Assembly: GCA_031385045.1 (NCBI GenBank)
Contig: JANNBC010000015.1
Span: 34,810 to 98,809, forward strand
Reading direction: 5' to 3'
DNA length: 64,000 nt
Source: a bacterium
GTDB lineage: Bacteria; Bdellovibrionota_C; UBA2361; CALJRW01
Within the stretch, counting starts at the first letter, position 1. The number at the start of each line of letters is the position of its first letter. This document shows, in pieces, positions 39,244-49,331 of this stretch. The notes under the pieces were generated by a model, which was given only the letters and a program-made list of their open reading frames with translations, searched no databases and had not been told where the DNA came from. A program made the translations under genes and the position numbers.

Positions 39244-40319
39244 TTAGCCTTCAAAAATTCTACGTTTACTTCCTTTAACTCTAATAATTTTTGTAATTTA
39301 CTAAATTGAGCGGCGACTCCTTTCTCAAACCAAACTTCAAATTCTTTTAAATCAGTTAATGTTGCTAACTGTACACAACAATCAGCCAAATCAAGAAAGC
39401 AACTATCAGTTAAACTTTTTGCAGTTGGACTACTCGGAGGTAGGCACTGTCCAGCCTCGCTAAAACTTGCCAGTCGCGATTCTAGTGGAAATAAATTAGC
39501 ATTCCAATTATTAGGCAGCTCTAATTCAGAAGGATAATACCTAGCGATTCTTGCTTGTAATAGATCGCTTGCGGTAAACATCCCACTCTTTGCTAGCCCA
39601 CTGTCCGTAGCCTTTTGTAACTTTTTAGGATCGTCTAGGTAGGATAAATAATCTTTTACGAAGCTAACTAAACTAATAGAAAATAAACTATCCGCATCGA
39701 AATGATGTCGACCAACTTCTGGTAACTCCGGGAATCTTCCGATTAAAGGATGATCATGGGTTTCAATAACTTTTAAAAATAATTCAGGATTACTAATCTC
39801 ACTGCGCTTAGCATAAAGTAAGCCCTCTTCACTAAAGATTAAAGAACTAGCAAACTCTCTAGAAAGTAAAGAGTGTAAGATTCTAGTATCAGGATTTTCC
39901 CAATGGGCTCCTGATCTTTTTAGATATTGATCCGTAGTGGCACCTTGGTTACTAGCTAATACTCCATACCCGCGATCGTGTAAGATTGAAGCAGTAACTA
40001 ACCAGTCAGGAAGTAAATCAAATCTCCCGGAACTATTCTCGTAACGAACAATTATTTGCAAAGATTGATTTACAAAAATATCATGCGGATCTCGCCACCA
40101 GTCTTTAGGAGCATAAGGAACTTTTTGACAGGCATCAAAAACTTCTAAATCAAATTGTTTTAGATGAGCACGAAAACTGTCCAAGCGATTTTGAAATTCA
40201 GCTGTTGCTAGCGTGCTAATCATTGACATTAACTGTTGTCTCAAAACTGAATCAGTTGTCAGAGAATTTGACAAAGTATTAGTAGCTAGAGGTTCCCCCA
40301 TAGGTTGTAAGTCTGGCAT
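39240..40319 (-). CDS. HD-domain protein
   Basis: H...ILHDRGY...HS...ETHDHP...FDADSL. Confidence 0.65.
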   Translation of the reverse strand: MPDLQPMGEPLATNTLSNSLTTDSVLRQQLMSMISTLATAEFQNRLDSFRAHLKQFDLEVFDACQKVPYAPKDWWRDPHDIFVNQSLQIIVRYENSSGRFDLLPDWLVTASILHDRGYGVLASNQGATTDQYLKRSGAHWENPDTRILHSLLSREFASSLIFSEEGLLYAKRSEISNPELFLKVIETHDHPLIGRFPELPEVGRHHFDADSLFSISLVSFVKDYLSYLDDPKKLQKATDSGLAKSGMFTASDLLQARIARYYPSELELPNNWNANLFPLESRLASFSEAGQCLPPSSPTAKSLTDSCFLDLADCCVQLATLTDLKEFEVWFEKGVAAQFSKLQKLLELKEVNVEFLKAN

Positions 40320-40627
40320 GAAATTAAAATGTTATAATAAACCCAAACGCTCATCGTCTGGCAAAGTAAGGCAACTTAAGAGAAATTATTTAACTTGATT
40401 ATAATATCCCACACTTTAATTTACTCTAAAATAGGCCAGCTCTTCCCCTAACTTACTAAAGTTATTGTAATAATTAACATTAATCCTTTACTATCTAAAC
40501 AAACCATCGTATTATTTAACAACTATTTAGCTACCCTAACACTTATTTAGCTAGATATAACAAGTATTTTCTTTCCTTAAGCATCATTAGGGAACAGAAT
40601 TTAAACAATTTTACTCTGAGCTAAAAC

Positions 40628-41032
40628 ATGGAAGAAACTTGGAAAACCTTCGAAGGTAACGATATTACCCATAGCGCTGCTCATCACTTGATGGCTGTCC
40701 TAGAACTTAAAGAGCAACATGGCTACGCCCGAGTAATTGATGTTGCTAGACATTTACACATTACTTCTGGAAGTGCCTCTACAAATTTAAAAAGTTTAAA
40801 AAATAAAAATTTAATTATTGAAGATGAAAATCGTTTTCTACATCTTTCAGAAGAAGGTGAGAACTTAGCTAAATTAGTAATACGTAGAAAAAAAGTTTTA
40901 TTAGATTTTTTAACTGATGTCCTTAAGGTTACTCCTGAGCAAGCAGAAATTGATGCCTGCAAAACTGAGCATTTAATTAGTATCGAGACAACTAAAAAGC
41001 TAGAAAAATTTGTACAAACTCAAGGCAAATAA
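40628..41032 (+). CDS. DtxR/MntR family metal-dependent regulator
   Basis: GYARVIDVARHL HTH and AEIDACKTEHLIS. Confidence 0.92.
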   Translation: MEETWKTFEGNDITHSAAHHLMAVLELKEQHGYARVIDVARHLHITSGSASTNLKSLKNKNLIIEDENRFLHLSEEGENLAKLVIRRKKVLLDFLTDVLKVTPEQAEIDACKTEHLISIETTKKLEKFVQTQGK

Positions 41033-41071
41033 TTTTCACACCAAAACCTAACTAAGCAAATAAAAAATACA

Positions 41072-41500
41072 ATGAAAGCAAAATTACAAGCAGATATGAA
41101 AGATGCTATGAGGGCAAAAGAAAAAGTTAAACTAAATACAGTCCGTGCCTTAATCTCGGCAATTCAATACGAAGAGATGCAAAAAGGCGTAGAGCTAAAA
41201 GAGGATCAGTATATTGCTATCTTTAAAAACGAAGTTAAAAAGCGCAAAGAAAGCTTAGAATACTTAGAAAAAGAAAATCGCCAAGACGAAGTGGCAATCT
41301 CGCTAGAGGAGCTGCGTGTGATCGAGTCTTACTTGCCGAAGCAAATGAATGCCGAAGAACTTAAGAAGTTACTAATTGAGTTCAAAGCACAAAATGCCTC
41401 GGCCAACATGGGACAAGCGATGTCTTACTTAAAAGATAATTTCGCTGGTCAATATGACGGAAAAGATGCTAGCACTCTGGCCAAAGAAGTGATGGCTTAA
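41072..41500 (+). CDS. GatB/YqeY domain protein
   Basis: DMKDAMRAKEK, VKKRKES, YLPKQM, MGQAM, DGK. Confidence 0.93.
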   Translation: MKAKLQADMKDAMRAKEKVKLNTVRALISAIQYEEMQKGVELKEDQYIAIFKNEVKKRKESLEYLEKENRQDEVAISLEELRVIESYLPKQMNAEELKKLLIEFKAQNASANMGQAMSYLKDNFAGQYDGKDASTLAKEVMA

Positions 41501-42390
41501 TGTCTAGAATCTTAGTCTCCGGTGCAACTGGATTTGTTGGTCAAAGGCTAAGTACTTCGCTTCTAAGTAAAAACCATCAAGTTATTAAACTAAGTCGAAA
41601 AAAATCGCATCCAGATATTATTGCTTGGGATGTAGATCGACAAACTCTCAACTCTGACGAGCTAGAAAATTTTAATTCGATCGTCCACTTAGCAGGAGAA
41701 ACTATTCTGGGTCTTTGGACTAAAAAGAAAAAAGAGAAAATTTATCGGAGTCGAATTCAAGGAACAAAGCTTCTTGTTAGTAAGATCTTAAAATTAAAAA
41801 GCCCACCTAAAACTTTCATCTGCGCTTCAGCTGTCGGTATCTATGGGCAGAACATCCTAACACCAGTAACAGAAGAAAGCGCACTAGCTAATGATTTTTT
41901 AGCTAATGTCTGTAGAGAATGGGAGTCCGCTTGCCAACCACTAGTCGAGGCAGGAATTAGAGTAGTTAACTTAAGAATTGGTGTAGTGATTGATCCAAGT
42001 GGTGGAATGTTAAAGCAAATGCTACTGCCATTTAAACTTGGACTGGGAGCTTGGCTAGGCAGTGGAAAACAACACTTAGCCTGGGTTAGCTTAGATGATT
42101 TGATTCAAATTACAGAATTTTGCTTAAATGATTTAACAGTAGCAGGACCTATCAATGTGGTTGCACCAGAAATGATTACAAACAAAGTTTTTTGCCAGAG
42201 CCTAGCTAAAAAGCTAAACAGATTCTGCCTATTTGGAATTCCAAAAGTTCTGATTCAAGTTTTATTAGGGAAAGAATTTTCTAGAATGATTATAGGTAAT
42301 CAAAAAATTATTCCTAAAAAACTACAAGATTTGAATTATCAGTTTATTGCACCAACCTTTAGTTCTTATTTAGAACAAAAAAAGTTTTAG
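41500..42390 (+). CDS. TIGR01777/YfcH family oxidoreductase
   Basis: SGATGFVG, VHLAGE, ASAVGIYG, FLANVCREWE, GLGAWLGSGKQ. Confidence 0.92.
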   Translation: MSRILVSGATGFVGQRLSTSLLSKNHQVIKLSRKKSHPDIIAWDVDRQTLNSDELENFNSIVHLAGETILGLWTKKKKEKIYRSRIQGTKLLVSKILKLKSPPKTFICASAVGIYGQNILTPVTEESALANDFLANVCREWESACQPLVEAGIRVVNLRIGVVIDPSGGMLKQMLLPFKLGLGAWLGSGKQHLAWVSLDDLIQITEFCLNDLTVAGPINVVAPEMITNKVFCQSLAKKLNRFCLFGIPKVLIQVLLGKEFSRMIIGNQKIIPKKLQDLNYQFIAPTFSSYLEQKKF

Positions 42391-43148
42391 GACTTTAGTT
42401 TCTGTTGGTATCCTAATTTTGGATCGTTACAGACCTTACTTAACTTACCAACCACTTCTTTTTTCACAGGCACTGTATCTCGACCACTTAAATGAAATTC
42501 TAATTTATCTAGATAAATTTCTGGGAAAGCTCGAAGGATTTCAAATACTGGCTTGGTTGACTTAGAATATGTCTCAAGCCGAGTTTGAATGACCTCTGGT
42601 GTATCATCAAGTCTAATTCGACCACTCTTGGTGGCATCAGTTGTTCTCTTGGTTAAACGAGCATTTAATTCTAGAGGGTCAGAATAATCATAATCTAGCT
42701 CTAAAACAAATGGCTTATTACTCCAAGCTTTAGTTAGCTCTAATAAAAAACTAGCTTGCGTAGCTGTGCGCGGATAACCATCTAAAATAATTCCTTTCGG
42801 ATTGTTCTTTAAGACACTAAGTACAAATTCATTAATAAAGGCATCTGATAGCAAAGTTCCATGATTCATCTTTCTTAAATAAGACTCGTATTGCTGTTTG
42901 CGTGGGCCATCAACAAAATTTATTTCGTCATTAAGATAGTTTCTGATTAGATCAGAAAGAATGCAGTGGGGAAGATTTTCGTAAGTATGAGCCACAAATC
43001 CACCAGTTAAACTTTTACCACTAAGTGGTGGCCCAACAAGTAAAAAGAGTCGCTGTGCTGGCTCTAATGATTTGTAAAAAAGTTCTTGTTCTTTAAGAGC
43101 ACTGCTATCAGGAATACCTCCTGTGATTTGTGCTAATTTGGGATTCAC
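42387..43148 (-). CDS. Adenylate kinase family protein
   Basis: GPPLSGKS, ILDGYPRTATQA, RLDD.PEVIQTRL. Confidence 0.85.
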   Translation of the reverse strand: MNPKLAQITGGIPDSSALKEQELFYKSLEPAQRLFLLVGPPLSGKSLTGGFVAHTYENLPHCILSDLIRNYLNDEINFVDGPRKQQYESYLRKMNHGTLLSDAFINEFVLSVLKNNPKGIILDGYPRTATQASFLLELTKAWSNKPFVLELDYDYSDPLELNARLTKRTTDATKSGRIRLDDTPEVIQTRLETYSKSTKPVFEILRAFPEIYLDKLEFHLSGRDTVPVKKEVVGKLSKVCNDPKLGYQQKLKS

Positions 43149-43162
43149 GACAAGTAACCTTA

Positions 43163-44551
43163 CTAAAATAAAATTTCATATTCTGGATCAATCTGTTTTA
43201 AAGCATCTCTTACAGCCCCTCGAATCACCTCTGGCAAAGCAGGGTGAATATAAATCTGCTGGTAAAGTTGCTGAACTGTAAGCTTAAGTGTTGCAGCAAG
43301 AACTAACTCCTGAATTAAAGTCGAAGCTTCTTCGCCAATAATATGAGCGCCAAGTAAACATCCAGTTGATCGCTCGACAATTAACTTTACTAATCCAAAC
43401 TCTGTGCCACGAGCCTTAGCCATAGCAACATTAAACTTTGATTTTCCAATTAGGTAATCAAGCTTTTGCGACTTGGCTTCCTCTTCAGTGAGACCAACAG
43501 AAGCAATTTCTGGATCCGTAAAGACCGCTGCCGGAACGGGCGGATATTCTATCGGATTAGGACTCTTAGTCAAATAATTAGCCTTAATCCAATACTCAGC
43601 TTCAAAGTTAACGCTGTGTCGAAATAAGAAATTTCCAGCAACATCTCCAATCGCAAAGACCCCCGCAACATTAGTTTCTAAAAACTTACCAACTGCAATA
43701 AAGCCATTTTGTTTAACTTTAATATTACTGCGATTAAGCCCTAATTGATCGCTATTAGGAGTAATGCCAGCACAAACTAATAACTCCTCAGCTTCAATCA
43801 TTTGAGTAGTACCCTCTTGCTTAATTACAACTTGAAATTTTTTATCCTGATAACTCGCTTTTAGAAACTCGCAGTTACTAAAAACTTTTTTATCCTTAGA
43901 AAATTCTTTCACAAATATTTCTTGAATCTCCGAATCAACATGTCTTAAAAACTGACTGCGAACTAAAAAAGTTACTTCCGATCCAAGTGAACTGTAAGCA
44001 CCTCCTAGTTCTGTGGCAATATATCCACCACCAATAACAATAATACTTTTAGGAAGCCGCTTAGCACGAAGTGCTTCATTACTAGTCATAAAGGGTGTAT
44101 GAGCTAGTCCTGGAATTTCAGGAATTAATGGCCTAGAACCAGTTGCAATTACGATCTGAGTAGCGGTTAAACGTTCTCCATTAACTTCAATAATCTTATC
44201 TTCAACAAACTCAGCCTTGCCTTGGTAGTAATCAACATTAGGATTATTAATTCTTCCTTCGGAAATTTTCTGAGAAGTTCCATCCGTATAAGTATTAATC
44301 CTTTTAATTAAATTTTCGAAATCAATTTCGGAGGAATGAACTTTTAGATTAATCTTATCTAAGCTATTTAAATGCTTATAAAGATTAGCTGGATGAATTA
44401 ACATTTTACTAGGGATACAGCCCCGATTTAAACAGGTACCTCCCGCCTTCCCTTTTTCAATTAAGGCGACTTTTTTCCCAAGTTTTAAAGCTGAGCCAAT
44501 AATTTTATTACCACCGCCACTTCCAATAACTATTAAATCGTAGGTTTTCAT
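43163..44551 (-). CDS. Dihydrolipoyl dehydrogenase / mycothione reductase-like flavoprotein disulfide reductase
   Basis: GSGGG, GGTCLNRGCIPSK, GGGYIATE, HPALPE. Confidence 0.9.
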   Translation of the reverse strand: MKTYDLIVIGSGGGNKIIGSALKLGKKVALIEKGKAGGTCLNRGCIPSKMLIHPANLYKHLNSLDKINLKVHSSEIDFENLIKRINTYTDGTSQKISEGRINNPNVDYYQGKAEFVEDKIIEVNGERLTATQIVIATGSRPLIPEIPGLAHTPFMTSNEALRAKRLPKSIIVIGGGYIATELGGAYSSLGSEVTFLVRSQFLRHVDSEIQEIFVKEFSKDKKVFSNCEFLKASYQDKKFQVVIKQEGTTQMIEAEELLVCAGITPNSDQLGLNRSNIKVKQNGFIAVGKFLETNVAGVFAIGDVAGNFLFRHSVNFEAEYWIKANYLTKSPNPIEYPPVPAAVFTDPEIASVGLTEEEAKSQKLDYLIGKSKFNVAMAKARGTEFGLVKLIVERSTGCLLGAHIIGEEASTLIQELVLAATLKLTVQQLYQQIYIHPALPEVIRGAVRDALKQIDPEYEILF

Positions 44552-44578
44552 AGATACAATGTAAAAAAATCTTATCTG

Positions 44579-45694
44579 TTAAATTAATGTTTTCAAAAAA
44601 CTAAGTGCTGGTTGAACTATAATTCCGTTGGAATTATAGGACTTTATCTCTTCCATATCCTGTACTAATTGCAAGGCCTGTGCTTCTGGAAACTTAGCTG
44701 CGAAGTATTTCAAATTTGAATCGATATTTTGTTCTTTAAGCTTGCACTCAATTAAACTTAAGATATTCTTACCTTCTGCTAGTACAAAATCAACTTCTTT
44801 CCCAGTTCGGTCTCTTAAAAAATATAACTCAATGTTTTTTCCATGAACATCTTGTTGATAATGAGCCCACTTAAGTAAATGACTAGCAACTAAATTTTCA
44901 AAACGTTTTGCTGGATCTTCAATTGCTCCCCAATTATAGAAATAGCATTTTTGTGTTTTCTTTAATGACTTAACCTTTGATGTTGTTAGCGGTGCAATCC
45001 GAAAAATATGATAAAGCCTTTCAAAGGCTTGGATCCATCTTTCAATCGTCAAATGCGCAACCTGCAAATTCTCGCGAATCGAATTAACTGAAAGTGGACT
45101 ACCAACAAAATCAGGAAGAATCATAAGGAGCATTTCTAGCTTACCTAGATCCTGAATCATTTCTAAATCACGAATATCTTCCATAACTACTCGGGAACGA
45201 TATTGCCGAACCCAACGCAGAGCCTCCTCTTTGGAATTAGAAAAATACGGTTCAGGAAAACCACCTAGTTCTATTAAAGAGGAAAACTGATCTTGAGTAT
45301 TCAGCTTTAACTCAGCAACTGAAAGTGGATGAAGACGAAAAAGGTTGTAGCGTCCTTGAAGAGAATCACCTCCAGCTCTGTAAAAATCTAAGCGAGCACT
45401 ACCAGTAACAAGAATTTGAAAATTTCTTTTCAAATCATCATAAATCCCTTTTAGATAATTTCGCCAATCCCGGTACTTATGCAGTTCATCAAAAACTAAA
45501 AGTTTATTTTGGGGTAGTTTTTGTTTTAAGATTAACTCTCTTGAGTCTGGAACATCATAATTTAAATAAGCCTGGTTCTGGCCTTCTAGAAGCTTAATGG
45601 CTAATGTAGTCTTACCTACCTGCCGTGGACCAGCGATAAAGACCATTTTTTTGGTTAAATCTTTCTTAATAATTTCAGTAAGATACCTATCCAT
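44579..45694 (-). CDS. AAA_14 ATPase-DUF4143 protein (copy 4)
   Basis: GPRQVGKTT, FDELH, VTGS, SLQGR, GGFPE, EVDFV...IECK. Most similar to copy 1 by eye. Confidence 0.92.
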   Translation of the reverse strand: MDRYLTEIIKKDLTKKMVFIAGPRQVGKTTLAIKLLEGQNQAYLNYDVPDSRELILKQKLPQNKLLVFDELHKYRDWRNYLKGIYDDLKRNFQILVTGSARLDFYRAGGDSLQGRYNLFRLHPLSVAELKLNTQDQFSSLIELGGFPEPYFSNSKEEALRWVRQYRSRVVMEDIRDLEMIQDLGKLEMLLMILPDFVGSPLSVNSIRENLQVAHLTIERWIQAFERLYHIFRIAPLTTSKVKSLKKTQKCYFYNWGAIEDPAKRFENLVASHLLKWAHYQQDVHGKNIELYFLRDRTGKEVDFVLAEGKNILSLIECKLKEQNIDSNLKYFAAKFPEAQALQLVQDMEEIKSYNSNGIIVQPALSFLKTLI

Positions 45695-45700
45695 TGATGA

Positions 45701-45753
45701 ATTTTAACATAGATGTGAAAAAAATTCAAACTATTTTCACATTGATGTGAAAA
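45701..45753 (-). promoter_or_regulatory. Promoter with two 20-bp palindromes (32-bp period) for AAA copy 4
   Basis: TTTTAACATAGATGTGAAAA (45702-45721) and TTTTCACATTGATGTGAAAA (45734-45753). Minus strand reads TTGAAT-N17-TAAAAT (with TGn), 6 nt before the ATG. Confidence 0.78.
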
Positions 45754-45792
45754 ATGACCTAAATAATTTGGAAGTAACCCCCTATCTCTTAC

Positions 45793-45825
45793 TGACGATT
45801 ACGGAGTCCTACTCCGCAATCGTCA
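45793..45825 (-). terminator. Hairpin downstream of 45828..46940
   Basis: TGACGATTACGGAGT-CCT-ACTCCGCAATCGTCA. Confidence 0.6.
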
Positions 45826-45827
45826 AG

Positions 45828-46940
45828 TTATTTTAGAACTAAACCAAGGAATTCCTCCCTTTGGATACTCTTAACTATCCCAGCAGGATTAATTTTATTA
45901 AAAATATTGGCTAACTGTTTAGCTTTTTCAGGATTTTGTAATTTCAATAACCAATACACCCGATCCGAATCTTTTTCGATGACAGCTAAATCATTTACCC
46001 AAGCAGTGGCCAAACGCTCATCTTCTAAGTTGATCAGTGTAGAAAGTATAAATTCACCTAAACGATCTTGGTAAGTAACTTGTAAATTCTCTAACTCAAA
46101 ATATTTTTTAAGATCATTAACTCCTAATGGCAGAAATTTATGATCAGCTTGGTAATGCTCAGGATGTAAAATCTCTTGGGTTGTTTTTGGAATTCGATTG
46201 AAAATCTTATTTAGTCCGGAATAGCCTTCTCGCCTTAAAAAATAATGACTAAAATTTAAACCACTAGTGTAAGGAAATAAAAGGAAAGCTTGCATCGAAC
46301 GTGGTGCTTCCTTGAAGCCACCAATCATATTAGAAGAGGCAACTGCTTGAAAAACTAAGCTTCTAACATCAGCTTGCTCTGCTAAACGAGGTAATCCTGA
46401 CTGCTGATTGAAGTAGTCATACATCACAACCGTAGCATCACCCTCAACCACTGCCGAGCGAGCCAAAGATTCATCTGATGTTGAATTTTCCGGATCCAAA
46501 AACTTATCTAAGTTATAATACTGATCTTGCAAAGCATGAGTTAGTTCATGCACGGCAATTGGCATTTGCATCATTTCAGGCATCCAGCCAGCCATCACAT
46601 AGTATTCCGAAACTGGCTCGTAGTAGCCAGCAAGTTGGCTAGTATAAAGTTTAACAATCTCTTCTTTATAATTATAATCTCTAGGGATTACTCCAATTTT
46701 CTTAAAAAGCTTTTCTTCATTAGCAAGCTTTATATCGGGCACCTTAGTATCAATCGTCTCTCTTAAATATTGCTCAACTTGCTGTTTACTCTGAACCTTA
46801 CACTTAACAGGGTGCTTGATTGGCAACTCTCTAATCGTCTCTGCTTTTTGAAAGGCATCTATTGCTAAATCACAAAGATCTTCGGCCTGGATATTACTTG
46901 CTAACAGCAAGCTTAAAAAAATATTTAGGATCTTATACAT
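45828..46940 (-). CDS. Secreted zincin-like metallopeptidase-family protein
   Basis: Signal peptide, LAGYYEP, HELTHALQDQ, EGDAT, FPY, TTQEILHP. Confidence 0.8.
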   Translation of the reverse strand: MYKILNIFLSLLLASNIQAEDLCDLAIDAFQKAETIRELPIKHPVKCKVQSKQQVEQYLRETIDTKVPDIKLANEEKLFKKIGVIPRDYNYKEEIVKLYTSQLAGYYEPVSEYYVMAGWMPEMMQMPIAVHELTHALQDQYYNLDKFLDPENSTSDESLARSAVVEGDATVVMYDYFNQQSGLPRLAEQADVRSLVFQAVASSNMIGGFKEAPRSMQAFLLFPYTSGLNFSHYFLRREGYSGLNKIFNRIPKTTQEILHPEHYQADHKFLPLGVNDLKKYFELENLQVTYQDRLGEFILSTLINLEDERLATAWVNDLAVIEKDSDRVYWLLKLQNPEKAKQLANIFNKINPAGIVKSIQREEFLGLVLK

Positions 46941-46973
46941 AGGAAATTCTAACTCGATTCTGAAGAAAAGAGC

Positions 46974-48842
46974 TTAAAAATAATAATAAAGATTCATCAA
47001 GTAAGAATTAAATGTTTCTTGATAATCTTTTTCCCGGGCTATCTCTAGACGGAAGTTCCAATCTTTATTTAGAGGAAAATTTAACTTACTACCGTACTTC
47101 AGGCCAGTATGATTATCTCCAAAGAAATATCTATTATAGTTGATTTCTGTTAGATAATTAAAGGATTTAGCATAACCTAACCAACCAAATTTTACTCCGC
47201 CACCAGTTGCCTGATTATTTTCGAAGTAGGTATTAATTTTATTAGCGACTCCTCCTAAAAGGTAAACCTGATTGCCCTCATTTAATTTGGTACTTCGACC
47301 TAAATATAGTTCATTTTTATAAACTAGCTTAGTTTGATCAGAAAAATTGACTTCCTCTCTTTGAAAGCCAGTATGGAGTGCCCAAGAAAGTGGTTTTAAA
47401 AAATAGTTTCCCGGGCTAAGTGAAACTAAATCAACAATAGTTGCCCGGTTTAAACTAAAATCTTGCTGACTATCAAGTAGAAAATTAAAGTCCATGAAGT
47501 TAATTTGTGAGCCAGGAATAAATCCAACTTGGGAATCTAAAAGATCGTGATAGGCCAGCCTTAAATCAAAGCTTTGATAATATTTTTTATCTTGGTAGAG
47601 CCCTCCGTAGGCAACTCTTTGGCTAGCATGAGAATCTAACGGATCTGTTTGCTTTGGTACAAGTAACTCCGGAGAACTTTGTCCTAGGGAACTTCTTTCA
47701 TTTAGTAGTTTAAAAGCTAGCGGATCTGATTTATCGGCTGGAATCTTATCTCCGACAACTAAATAATCCAAATAATCATAGGCTAGATCTAGTGTGGTTA
47801 TTTTATCCTCTAGAGACAGCGTGGCTATCTCCTTTTCACCTGCTTCTGGCTTTAAGATTCGCTCTTTAGCAATTACCTTAAGTTTTGGAGGTGTGCTTGC
47901 CTCCCGAGCATTAAACTTAGAACTAAGGGAGGGACGAAAAATCTTGGCCAAGACTAAGTCTTTATTTTTAGCGATTGCTTTTAAAGTATCACTAGGAATT
48001 ACCCAATTATTAAACTTCTCCCGAAGCTTTAAACTTGGGCGCAGGACATCAATTAAACCAAGTAAGTGGTAAGAACAGTTCTCATCAAAATAATAATAAT
48101 TAAAATTAATGTTGCGGAGTTCCCAAAGATGCTGAACTAACAAATCAATTTCTTTTTGTTTAAAGTCTAAACGATACTCCCAAATATCACGCTTCTCTAA
48201 ATCACTGTAACGTTTTACTAACTCAAAATACGGAGCAACTTTAAAATAACCATTATAGAATCCAAAAATTCCTTTAAAGGCATAAATTAAGCCTGGCTCC
48301 CCAAATGTGTGTGCCGAAAAATTAATACTATAAGAGTAGTAATCCGCTTTAGAATTTTTTGGATCCTGATCTAATCGTAAAAAGGTGTGTCCAAAAGCGG
48401 AGGCAGGATTATTTAAAAAACTTGCTGGAAAAATTAAAGTAACTCCCTTAGCGGCAATTAATCCCTGCCATTCATCAAACTCTGGACAGTCAGCAACTTT
48501 ACGGTCTAAAAATAATTTTAATTTTGCTTGAATCAGATTAAGTCTTGCTGGGTAACGACAGGATAATTTAATACCTTCAGACTCAAATTTTTTAACGGTG
48601 GCAGCTAGTTCATTTTCTGGATTCCTTGCCCCATCTTCTGCTAGAAAAAATTCAGGGGTATCAATAAAACTTTGGTAGCCAGGTGTTAGTGTATTCGATT
48701 TATAATGAAGTAGTGCTAGCCACTGCGGATCTTTGGCCAGTTCTTTTATTTCAGGAGTAAGAGAGCTTTCAGCCACTGCGCCAAAAACTAATACAAAATG
48801 CAAAAAAAAGCCGGCAGTTAGCCGGCTTAGTGAACAACTCAT
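46974..48842 (-). CDS. DUF4105 / Lnb-like protein with a C-terminal beta-rich domain
   Basis: WLALLHY, CRYPAR, PASAFGHTFLR, EKRDIWEY, YYYFDENCSY. Confidence 0.85.
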   Translation of the reverse strand: MSCSLSRLTAGFFLHFVLVFGAVAESSLTPEIKELAKDPQWLALLHYKSNTLTPGYQSFIDTPEFFLAEDGARNPENELAATVKKFESEGIKLSCRYPARLNLIQAKLKLFLDRKVADCPEFDEWQGLIAAKGVTLIFPASFLNNPASAFGHTFLRLDQDPKNSKADYYSYSINFSAHTFGEPGLIYAFKGIFGFYNGYFKVAPYFELVKRYSDLEKRDIWEYRLDFKQKEIDLLVQHLWELRNINFNYYYFDENCSYHLLGLIDVLRPSLKLREKFNNWVIPSDTLKAIAKNKDLVLAKIFRPSLSSKFNAREASTPPKLKVIAKERILKPEAGEKEIATLSLEDKITTLDLAYDYLDYLVVGDKIPADKSDPLAFKLLNERSSLGQSSPELLVPKQTDPLDSHASQRVAYGGLYQDKKYYQSFDLRLAYHDLLDSQVGFIPGSQINFMDFNFLLDSQQDFSLNRATIVDLVSLSPGNYFLKPLSWALHTGFQREEVNFSDQTKLVYKNELYLGRSTKLNEGNQVYLLGGVANKINTYFENNQATGGGVKFGWLGYAKSFNYLTEINYNRYFFGDNHTGLKYGSKLNFPLNKDWNFRLEIAREKDYQETFNSYLMNLYYYF

Positions 48843-48848
48843 AATGAA

Positions 48849-49331
48849 TTATAGGTTGTTGCTATAGTTAGCTAAGCTTTGGTTACTAGCTAATACTGTT
48901 TTCATTGCAGCATGTACTGACTTGCTATCAACATTTTCGCTGGCAAAGATCGTAGAGAAGTTGTTTTTTAACTCAGCGTTAAAAGCAACTTGGTCAGCTT
49001 TTTCCACGCCAACTAATTGGCTAAGAGACGCTAAAGTTTCGCCTTCGCCACGAGAAATATCACGAGCTAAACGATTCATATTTTGGTCAATGAAGTAAAC
49101 TGTTTTCCAGTTTGAACGAACAACACCATCACGAGAACAACCAGAAGTAGCAGAAGTCATCGCAAATGTTTGGTTACCAGAACTACCGTTAGTTGTTACA
49201 GCAAGAACTTTAGGAGCAAGTCCACGGTTTCCTTCAAATAACTTAGATCCCCATCCGCAAGTACCTACGTCATCTTGAGCAAATGCAGTAAGTGGGGCGA
49301 TTAACGCTAATAAAATTAATAATTTCTTCAT
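48849..49331 (-). CDS. DUF3015 family secreted protein
   Basis: CGWGS, TTNGSSGNQTFAMTSATSGC, LARDISRGEGETL. A GGAGA RBS precedes ATG 49331. Confidence 0.9.
   Translation of the reverse strand: MKKLLILLALIAPLTAFAQDDVGTCGWGSKLFEGNRGLAPKVLAVTTNGSSGNQTFAMTSATSGCSRDGVVRSNWKTVYFIDQNMNRLARDISRGEGETLASLSQLVGVEKADQVAFNAELKNNFSTIFASENVDSKSVHAAMKTVLASNQSLANYSNNL

Noticed and set aside
40359..40373. TGGCA-N5-AGGCA as a sigma54 promoter
   Set aside because: The -12 element lacks TTGC, and the position fits the flanking genes poorly.
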